Origin: Neophaeotheca triangularis
Taxonomy: Eukaryota
Assembly (NCBI GenBank): GCA_054600435.1
Contig: BAAIJX010000003.1
Location: forward strand, 310,001-374,000
Length of the DNA: 64,000 nt
Direction of reading: 5' to 3'
Shown: positions 49,044 through 58,400 of the stretch, piece after piece
How positions within the stretch are numbered: the stretch's first letter is position 1
How the letters are laid out: the number at the start of each line of letters is the position of its first letter
The notes under the pieces: generated by a model
The model's input: only the letters and a program-made list of their open reading frames with translations
Database searches by the model: none
Told to the model about the DNA's origin: nothing
Made by a program: the position numbers and the translations under genes

Positions 49044-51276
49044 TCAAGTCACATACATAAAATCCGGCCTCACATCGCCCATCATACGCACCTGCTCAGC
49101 ACTCTTGCCCTCCATCCAATGATCGCGCTGCCCAGCCTTGCGCTTCTTATTCTCCCGCTCCAGCAAGAAGTGCATCGCGATAGAGCCACCGAGCAGGAAA
49201 ACGCTGAGGTAGGCGAAGACGACACCGTCTTCATCGAGCAAGAGACGTGGGAAATTAGTTTTTGCAAGACTTTTTTTTTCTTTGGGAGGGGGCTCGGGGT
49301 TACGTACGTCCGACAAAGTAGCGCGGGTTGTCTTCGCCCGGCTCGGCGAAGTAGATGTTGCTTGAGACGACGCCTTGGAGGTTGCCGAAACCTGGCAGTG
49401 GGGGGGTTTACCTTTGTTAGTGCGAGGTTTGCGCGCGGGATTTTGAGAGTCAAGCAGAGTGAGTGAGTGGCAGGAGGACTCACCGACGACGATTCCCCCG
49501 ACGACGCCGCGCTTGTAAACGCCCTCGATGTTGTTGTTGCACCAGCTGAGCGAGTTGGCGACGGTCGGGTAGATTCCCATGGCGGCGAGGAAGGTGCCCG
49601 TGTAGTTGACGGCGAGGTTTGTCGAGCCGAGGAGCATTGCGAAGCCCACGCAGCCGAGCGTGGCGACGGCCATGTTGCAGAAGCCGCGTTTGCCTGTGCG
49701 GTCTGCCAGCCACCCTGTGGCTACTGTGAGCAGGGCGGCCGCGGCGTAGGGAGGGACGGAGAGGAGTTGCACTGTTGTGCCTGTGTAGCCGAGACCTGGA
49801 AATGATGGTGTTAGTTGCGAGGGTTTGTCTCTAGTGGAGGGCAGGGGCAGAGGGCTTACCGAGTAAGATTGTCGGTAGGAAGAGGGAGAAGCTGTAGAGA
49901 GGGCACAGACAGCCGGCGTAGATGACGGCGTAGAGGTAAGTTTTCCAGTCTCGGAGGCTGTTTTAAGGCTTAGCTCCCATGTCGTGCAAGTGGGAGTGGG
50001 AAATGCTCACGCTGCGAAGATATATTTGCTACTGAGCCGCTCGGTCTCAGCACTGGACTGCCCGTCGGCGCGCAAGCGTCGAAGAACCCGCAGCTTTTCG
50101 TCTTCGTCAAGGAAACGAGCGTTGGCGTCGCTGGGAAAGTCAAAGACCATCCACCAGCAAAATACGCCGGCGAAGACGGTGATTAGTCCTTCGATGATGA
50201 CTTTTGGATCGATTAGAGTTGATGGCCGAAGAGCAGATTCGTTTTCATTACTTACAAATCCAGCGCCATCCCTCATAGCTGTCGAAAATCAGCAGGGCTC
50301 TTCCCGGAGCTTCGGATCCATAGACAACTTACCCTCCGACTCCGTCCATTTGCGATATCGCGGCCGCAAGGAGTCCACCAAACGATCCTGCCAACGCCGC
50401 TGCACTGAAGAACAGCGCCGCCCTAAGACCGAGCTCGTTGCGCTTGTACCAGGCCGAGAGGTAGTAGTTTACGCCAGGGAACAATCTGAACATGCAGTCA
50501 GCCACACATCGTCAGCGCTCTCAGCAGGTCTGGAACCAGAATTCGCATGTCTTCCTCTTTGTGAAATCAAAACGTACCCAGCCTCTGTCAATCCCAGAAA
50601 CCACCGACAAGCCAACAAGCCAGCCTGGTTCTCCACCGTTCCCATGAGCGTCATCACGACTCCCCATCCGAAGATGATGGCCGTGAAAAAGATCCTCGGG
50701 GTCGCCCACTTGAGCAAAACGTTTGTGATTGGCTCTGCGAGTGCGTAGGAAACGAAGAAGATTGTCAAGGCGTTGTTGTAGTCGCGGCCAGTCATTCCGA
50801 GGTCAGGTTCCTGGTGACAGGAGCGTTAGTGATGTGGGAGAAGAATGATTGAAGAGTAACTCAGCGGACCATATTTGCAGCGCGGGCATTTCCGATGTTC
50901 GTGCGGTCTGGAGGTGATGTTGTCAGAACAAACTGGCATTAAAGGTTGGTTTGTGATAGCGAGCTTACCTAGAAAGGAGAGGAGGTAAAGGAACGAGAGC
51001 CAGGGAATCAGCCAGCGGTCGATCTTCCAGACGAGGGCGCGGTCCTAATCTCTACAGTCAAAAACGATCTAGATATCCAACATGTAATTGAGCCGTACTC
51101 ACAAGTCTAGCTCTCTCCTCATCGCTCTTCCCGACATCAGGGTCACGCAAGTCGTCTACAACGCCCGTTTTCGCGGACGACTGTGCTCCAGAGGCGTCGA
51201 CGTCCACCTCAGAAGTTCTGACATCCTGCCCAACCTCATTCAATTCCGGATGGTCCTTCTCTCCTAGCGTAGTCAT
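49044..51276 (-). CDS. MFS transporter, allantoate permease / anion:cation symporter family (TNA1-like), 521 aa, 11 exons
   Basis: Exons 51276-51103, 51044-50969, 50907-50870, 50810-50578, 50485-50333, 50278-50256, 50200-50011, 49957-49860, 49795-49484, 49391-49308 and 49228-49044 give an intact frame. Motifs KIDRWLIP, LDRTNIGNA, EAGLFPG, WYKRNE, GWRWIFIIEG, QLLSVPPY and terminal RPDFMYVT. Confidence 0.92.
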
Positions 51277-51317
51277 CTTACACGTGCCTCGCCAACGCGG
51301 TTAGAAAGCAGGAGAAA

Positions 51318-51320
<3 letters not shown>

Positions 51321-51360
<40 letters not shown>
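51321..51360. repeat. (GA)20 microsatellite, i.e. a (TC)n tract in the 5' UTR/promoter of the TNA1-like MFS gene
   Basis: Perfect dinucleotide run about 45 bp upstream of the ATG at 51276. Confidence 0.97.
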
Positions 51361-51364
<4 letters not shown>

Positions 51365-52400
51365 GTGACAGCGTAACGAGCAAAAGGATGCTTGCTAGAA
51401 ACGAAAGGGAAAACGCGAGCGGCAGCTCGTTCATACTTACTGTACCGTGGCATATCTCATGTCAGCGGCTATTCGTTGGAATTCACTCTTATCCCCACGC
51501 TATCCCTCGCATGAGCCGCAGCCACAACTAACGTTCCCGTACCGGGTGACAGCGAGCAGCTCGGCGCGACGGGAGCCACTTCGAATGCGCGAGCCTCTGC
51601 CTTTTGGTAAATTACCGCGCTGTAGCCCAATGCGATTAATTGAGCCACTACCTTACTTTACGCCGTCTTCGAAACCCCGTGCGGAGCCCCCACATCTTAA
51701 CACGCCCACTACAGCGCGGTATCATCAAAACCGTCCAGTTCCACATCGCCGACAAGGTTCGCGCGCGCGCGCATCCCAGGAGCATGGCAGCCTCGTGCAC
51801 CCAAGCTGACAAAAACAGATCCTAAGCTCGCTAACCAGCCGCCCGCGCCAATCGGACAAGCATCTCGACCAAGTCGAAGACGACAGCCACAGCGTGCCAA
51901 GCAGCAGCAGTCCAGCTTAAAAAGCTACCTCCCACCGTGCTCTGCGTCGGGTGTGCTCAAAAGGTCAAAACCGTCGATGATGCCGCCAGCGCCAAGAGCA
52001 GGCTTGGCCGGGGACAAGCTAGCCCCGCGAGCCTCGAGGTGAGCTTGCCCTCGCTTACCCCGACTTGAGGGGGAAAGGCAAGGGGCTTGTTTGCGGGGTT
52101 TACTTAAAGCCGTGGGTAAGAGCGGTCTGTGCTTGTGCTTGTGGTGGGGTGGGGTGGGGTAGACACGGTTTCGGCGGGCTTCCATGATAGATGCCTACCT
52201 ACTATGCAGGGGTAGACCTAAGAATTAAAAGGAGGTGGGTGAATTCATTCCATCGGAGAAAGGCAGACGCCAGCCAACTGAAAACAAGTCGACTCACGAA
52301 CCTCGTAAACATCGAATAAATAAATTCGTGGACAGGATAAGCTTTCAATGTCCTTCCATTGACATTATACTTATGCTTCCCAGACCTATCAACCGCCCAT

Positions 52401-54257
52401 CTACTCCCCCTTACCATGACCCTTCCCACCCTTCCTCCCCCTTCCCTTCCCACCCTTCTTTCCATACCCCCTCTCCCCCTCCCTCCCCAAGCTCAACCCT
52501 CTCAAAGCCAAATAATCCGGCGTCCCCAGCCCCGTAACCGGGTCCCAACCAACCGTAGCATCCCACCCCGCCCCGGGCACAAAAGGCGCAGGCAATCCAG
52601 TATAGATATCCGTGCCAGTACACCCGCTACTCCTCCCATCAACAACATCCGTCAAACCCCTATAGCCACGGCTATAAATCCACGGGTTCAGGAAGCCCAG
52701 ACCAGACATGCCCTTTTTGGCTCTCTCGCCGTTGAGCAGAGCTATGATGCCCGCGAAGACGGGGGAAGAGGCCGAGGTCCCGCCGACGAGGATTTCCTCG
52801 CCGTTGTCGATGACGTGGAAATTGTAGCCCTGGGCGGCGACGTCGGGGAAGCCGCGGCCCGAGGGGTTGTAGAGGCCTTGCCAGCGGTCGCCGAGGAGGT
52901 CGAGGAAGGCTGGCACGGCGGTTTGTTGGTAGGCTGGGCGGGCGAAGCGGTCCGAGAAGCCGCCGGAGCTGAAGGAGACGGCGCGTTCGGGTTTCACGCC
53001 TGTGGTGCCGCCGACGGAGGTGAGGTAGGGGCAGGAGGCTGGGAAGATGGGGAGGAAGCGCGTTGTGTTGGTGCCGTCGTTGGTTTGACAAGCGCTGCCG
53101 GGGCCTGTGTCGCCCGAACTGAAGAGGACGCTTACGCCCCGAGCGCCCAGCTCGCCGAAGGCGCGGCAGACTCGGCGGGAGTAGGCTTCGGGGACGGATT
53201 GCTCGTCTTCGCCGTAGGAGGTTGTGAGGGTGTGGGGGAGTTCTGCGTCGTCTTGGGCTAGGAGGTAAGTCAGAGTATCGAGGTAGGGTTCGTTTTGGTT
53301 GTCTGCTGGATCAGGTTGATCGAGATCGGGGACTAGATCGCCGAGGCCTGCTGTCGAGTAGGCGCGGATAGGGATAGGGTAGCCGATGGAGAGGAGATAT
53401 TGAACGTCGAGGTTAGCCTCAACAGCACTGCCATTGAAGTCCTGATCGTTGAGTCCGCCAGCGACACTGGTGAAGGTGAAGTTCCCCCCAGCGGCGTAAG
53501 GAGCATACTCATCGAGGAAGATCTCAAGATCGTCATAGCGAGGATACTGCATGAGGTAGTTGTTAAAAGCCGCGAATCCAACATCACCACGCCCGCCTTT
53601 CAAAAAGTGCTCATAGCCCTTGACATTGTACAGATCCTTCAAGCACTCCGGCGTGATGGTCGAATTACAAGCCGTTACATTGAGACCAGTGCCAGCAGGC
53701 CCCATGTGCTCAACACGCATCACCTGGCTCATCTCTGGTCTCATCTGGCCAAAACGCGTAGTCGGCTGCACCATATCGACATACTGATGCAGCTGGTCCG
53801 GCAAAGAATAATGCAAAGTCCGGATCTTATCGACCGCCTTGTGATCGTGACGGTAGACTCCAAAAGCAGTGTCAAGAAGCTTCTCAGCTTGCTGAATCTC
53901 AGCGATGAAGTTGATCCAATCGCCGTCGTCCACGACATCGGAAATGCCCGCTTCGTCTAGCCAGCGGAGTACGGCATTGCTGGCTTCGGCGCTCGGTCGT
54001 AACATGTCCTTGACTTCGTCACGCTTGAGGTGCTGGCCGTAGAGCGCGTTGTCCGGGTCCGAGACGCGGTAGAGGGTTTGCTCGAAGAGTTGCTCGTTTT
54101 CACTATGCAAGGCAATGCGGAGCTGGATGCGTTTTGTTGGGTCTGGAGTGCCGATGAGGCGCCATCCTTCGGGTACTTCGCGAAGGGACTCCATTTTCGT
54201 GGCGAGGACTAGACTCGCCAGGCCAGTGAGGCCGGCGAAGAGAGAGGGGACGCGCAT
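52401..54257 (-). CDS. Secreted S53 sedolisin-family tripeptidyl peptidase (SED/TPP1-like), 618 aa, intronless
   Basis: Signal peptide; prodomain (VSDPDNALYGQHL); ITPECLKDLY; catalytic EANLD; SYGEDEQ; oxyanion SSGD; RGFPDV; catalytic GTSASSP; Ca-site GWDPVTGLGTP. Confidence 0.96.
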   Translation of the reverse strand: MRVPSLFAGLTGLASLVLATKMESLREVPEGWRLIGTPDPTKRIQLRIALHSENEQLFEQTLYRVSDPDNALYGQHLKRDEVKDMLRPSAEASNAVLRWLDEAGISDVVDDGDWINFIAEIQQAEKLLDTAFGVYRHDHKAVDKIRTLHYSLPDQLHQYVDMVQPTTRFGQMRPEMSQVMRVEHMGPAGTGLNVTACNSTITPECLKDLYNVKGYEHFLKGGRGDVGFAAFNNYLMQYPRYDDLEIFLDEYAPYAAGGNFTFTSVAGGLNDQDFNGSAVEANLDVQYLLSIGYPIPIRAYSTAGLGDLVPDLDQPDPADNQNEPYLDTLTYLLAQDDAELPHTLTTSYGEDEQSVPEAYSRRVCRAFGELGARGVSVLFSSGDTGPGSACQTNDGTNTTRFLPIFPASCPYLTSVGGTTGVKPERAVSFSSGGFSDRFARPAYQQTAVPAFLDLLGDRWQGLYNPSGRGFPDVAAQGYNFHVIDNGEEILVGGTSASSPVFAGIIALLNGERAKKGMSGLGFLNPWIYSRGYRGLTDVVDGRSSGCTGTDIYTGLPAPFVPGAGWDATVGWDPVTGLGTPDYLALRGLSLGREGERGYGKKGGKGRGRKGGKGHGKGE

Positions 54258-54527
54258 CTTGAGGGGGCGTAAAGGTAGTAAGATGGAAGGAAAAAAGAGA
54301 AATGAGAATGCCAGACTTACCTACCCACTCACCTTCTGTAGCACTTTTTATGTAAACAATCACCCCACCTAGCATTGACCTTTCAACTTCCACCCTCCTG
54401 CCATACTGGGCTAAATCACAATCGAGTCTTCACTGCACGAAGCTCCCCGGTGAGTGCATACAACAATGACCTTCCCAAGTAGGCTAAAGGCATACAGAAG
54501 GGGGAGCTGGAGTGGGGTCATGGTGCA

Positions 54528-54627
54528 GATAAGGCCGGCGCCGAGGCGAAGTCTCAGTGCTTATCCGACACAAGACGGCACCAAGACCGGACTCGTCTTT
54601 TGCTTGCGACCTTGGTATTACCTTATC
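54528..54627. promoter_or_regulatory. Three GATAAG/CTTATC sites upstream of the S53 peptidase (possible AreA/NIT2 nitrogen regulation)
   Basis: GATAAG at 54528-54533 and CTTATC at 54560-54565 and 54622-54627, about 270-370 bp upstream of the ATG. Function is inferred from known GATA control of fungal secreted proteases. Confidence 0.4.
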
Positions 54628-55319
54628 TCCATTTCGTTTCAACGTTGTCTTGTACCTTGTCAATTATATGGCTTCAATTCGAGTCGAGATTCAAGCTGGA
54701 GCCGAAGGGAGATTCTCCGGCGGCTGACGTCGTCGTTATAACACAAACCACCCTGTAAGGTATTCTACAGGAAGCACGAGCAACCGTGACAGCTTCCCTC
54801 CCTTGGTAGAGCCCCTCGGGCCGTTAAATCAGTCTCGACAACACCGACTAAGGGAACATAAAGGCAGGGTAGACTTATTCGCTAACCATTCCACACCCGG
54901 CCACGAAACAAAGGCACAACGACGTATATAACATCAGCTCAGCTCATCCCACACGTCTATCCATCGGTATTTATACATACTGTACAAGAAATCGCACACA
55001 TTCACAATCCCATAAAGCATTTTCACACAAGCAAACTGGAGCAGTCATGCCCGTGTGAAAGCCAGGGCAGTACCGCAACCTGGGCAACACAGGAGCAGAC
55101 GTCTAAGCCCCTCGAAGTTCATTATGTCAAAACAAAAACAAAAAAAGCCATCCTCAAATACATTCCCACCCCACCCAGATAGTCACCCACTTCTATTGAC
55201 CCTACCCCCACCCCTCACCCGCAATCATTTCGTCAGCAACACCAAGCCCGAACCCAGGACCAAGCCAATCGTCACTACAAAACCCGCCGGGGAATCAAGA
55301 CGTTAGCAAAAGCAATAAA

Positions 55320-55393
55320 CAAACCACCAAACCCAACCCAGCCCAACCCAACCCAAAGCAAAAGCCAAAGCAAAAGCAAAAGCCAAAGCAAAT
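55320..55393. repeat. Degenerate (CCCAA)n and (C[CA]AAAG)n short tandem repeats in the 3' UTR of the histone-fold gene
   Basis: Tandem pentamer then hexamer units, seen directly; the mRNA strand is GU-rich here. Confidence 0.8.
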
Positions 55394-55486
55394 CCACCCT
55401 CAACCCAAATCAAAACACCACCCACCCACAGCAAACAAACAACTCTAAACCACCACCAACATCAAAACCAGCAAAAAGCAACTCGC

Positions 55487-58400
55487 TTACGGCATATCCA
55501 AATAAGTCTTCTTGCCGCCCCTCGCACTCTCCCCCCTCACACCCCTCCCAGCAAACCTCTCCCAAAACCCCCTCTTCCCCACCTTTCCCCCCTCCTTGGG
55601 TCCAGAAATCACATTCCCAATCGCCGGCGGCGCCGGCGCACTCCCTCCCGCTGGCGAAGACGGCCCACTCGACCGCAAGAAATCCGCCAGTTCGCGCGTT
55701 TCGCTGTAGAAAGCGCCGTTCGCGGCGCCAGGACTGCTGGGGTTTTGTTGTTGCGACGAGTGGAAAGCTCCCAAGCGGCGGGCGGCCGAGGTGTTGTTGG
55801 GGTTGTAAGCTTGTGCTTGTGCTTGTCCTTGGGTTGGTTTTTGGTTGTTGTTGGTGGAGGCGGCGGCAGCGCGAGCGGCCATGCGGGGGCCGCGGTAGGG
55901 GTTTTCTTTTTTGGTGGCTTGCGGGGAGGTTGGGTGTGATGTGTTGGAATTGGAAGTGCGGGAGGAGGGGCGGTTGCTTTGGTTGTTGCTGTTGCTGGTT
56001 TTGCGGGGTGCGGAAGCGGGGCGTGAAGTCGTGGGCGGCACAGCACGAGGTCCGTTGTCCGCCGGCGGTTCGTGCGAATTGAGGAAGTCGAGGAGGCTTT
56101 CTTCGCGGCGGCGTTGATTAGGAGGAAGGGCTATTAGGTCGTTTTCATCCTCCTCTTCGTCGCTAATGTCGATGGCGTAGGGGTCTTTGTTGCGGTAGCG
56201 CTTGCGGCTGGGCTCGGGGCTGTCAGAGGCTGCGGGTAGGGAGGGTTGCGGGGGTTTGCCCTTGAGAGAGGCGGGCGATAGCGGGCGAGTGGCCATGTAA
56301 TCGCGGTTGGAGAGGCGGCGGGGTTGGGGGCGCGGAGTTTCCCCCATGCCGGCGCTACTCCTCGAGACTGCGCCAGGACGCCCGGAGTTCGCGCTCTTCC
56401 CACCCGCCGACCCAGGCCTTCCCCCGAAACTCGTATCCAATTTCAGCGGTGGCTTACCCTCACGCTCCGCATTCCCGTCACTGCCCCTCGCGTCCATTGC
56501 GGCAAATTGCTCAGAGTCCATGGTACTTCTAAAAGGCGCTACAGACCTCGATATCCGATGCTCGCCCGCCGGCTGCTCGGGACCGGAGCGGATGAAATCG
56601 ATCAAATCGTTGGTGCCGTTTCCATGGCTCCCATTAGCAGCGCGAGCCTCCATGCCGGATTTTTTGGCGCGGTTGTTGGGCATGGGTGGGACGGGAGGGG
56701 CATTGCCTGCTGCGATGGCGGAGCGGGTTATGCTTTTAGTTCTCTCGTCGTCGGCAGATTTGCTGTTTACAGTGGATGGGGAGCGAGATATCGCGGGGCT
56801 TGCCGAGCGCATTGAAGAGGCCAGGCTGGTGGTTGAGCGGTTGGCCGGGTCGGTGAAGACGGGTGTGACTTCTTGCTCTTTGCTTGGGCCCGTCGAGCGG
56901 ATGAAGTCGGCGAAGTCGCGCGTCGACTCGGTCACGACTTGGGGTTCGCGGGCACGTTGGCCATGACGGGTCGAAGAAGTGTTCCGGGGAGTCGGTCTGC
57001 TCACGCTTTGGCGGCGCTTTTCCCGCTCCTTGGGATTGCTCTGGGGGTCGGTGGGGATGGATGTTGAGCTGGAAGCAGTGACGTGGTTGGAGTTTGGGCG
57101 ACGCCCGCGGGCAGTCGTGGCGCCACTGTCGTTCTGGCGACCGTATGGCGTAGGCGACTCTGCACCTGCGTTGGCTTGTCCTGCGCTGCGCAAACTGGAT
57201 GGTGTATAGGTAGCCGGTTTGCTCGGTTGGTCACGGACGTTCTCAGGTGTGAGAGTGTACTTGACGGTATCCTTGCCTTGCACAAACATGTCAAAGTCTT
57301 CAGGATCCCTGATGCTCGCGCTCGTCAAGGCTGGGCTGCTGCGGCCATTGCTTTTCTCCAAAGCTGCTAGAGCTGCGTTTTGCTCGTTCCGCTTCTGGCT
57401 TGACATCCTCTGTAAGATAGGGTGCTCTTTGACATCATCAGAGATAGTGCCAGCCTTTGAGTAACCGGGCGAGTCTGGTGTTTTCCACTTCGGTTTATAC
57501 TCGACAGCAGCTTGCTTCTCCGCAGACCACGACTGTCGTTTCCCAGAGCTGAAAACAGCAGGCGACTGCTGAGCGCCGTTGGTCAAAGGAACGCCCGGCC
57601 TGGAATCACGGTTCGCAAGACGAGGGCTCTGGTTCAAAACTTGCAGCGAAGATCTTGTACGCTCGCGAGGACTCTCCGTAGGAGTAGACGGGCCTGAGCC
57701 ACCGAGATTACGGCTTTTGAGAAAAGCATCGACACCACCGGATTCGTTACCACCGTCATCGGCAGCCTTCGCCGTCCCAGCTAATCCAGCAGCGGCAAGA
57801 CCTGCCGTAGCTGCCGCGGCTGCAATACTGCCTGTAGCAAACGAAGGTGGTTCTTTTTCGGGCGTCGCACCATCCCTTGCATGTTGTGCGGTAGAGCCAG
57901 GGATGAAAACCCCACCAGCACGATCAGAGGCCTCGGCAACACCCACCCCTTGACCTCTCACGCTCGTATCCTCGAGCTCCTGCGGACCGCTCGCACTCCT
58001 CTCATTCAAAACCGGGCGCGCGTCCATTTCCCTCCCCTCCTCGCTCTTATCCCGAACAATCTTCTCCTCAACCCCCCTCCCCTCCCCACTCTTGTCCCTC
58101 ACAACCGCTTTTCCCCAATCCGCCGACGCACTCCTGACCTCTCCAACACCAGCACCCGCCCTTCCCCTTCCATGTCCCAGCAAACTCGCAGCAGGAACAC
58201 TAAGCCTCTGCGCCTTGACATCCTGACCCACGACCGCCTTCTGCTGCTCAACATCCTTCTCCGCCGCCCCTGACTTCTTGCTACGACCGCTAGGCGCGCG
58301 CAAATCGGGCATCGAAGTGTTCCAGCCTTCTTTGGCGCGGGAGCCGTAGATGGTCCAGTTGAGAGCGGTAGCAGGGTTAGCGGATTTGCGGCGATCGGGG

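Noticed and set aside
54717..54723. CCGCCGG (PrtT-like site) upstream of the peptidase
   Set aside because: A single short GC-rich match, and to my knowledge PrtT is limited to Aspergillus/Penicillium relatives.
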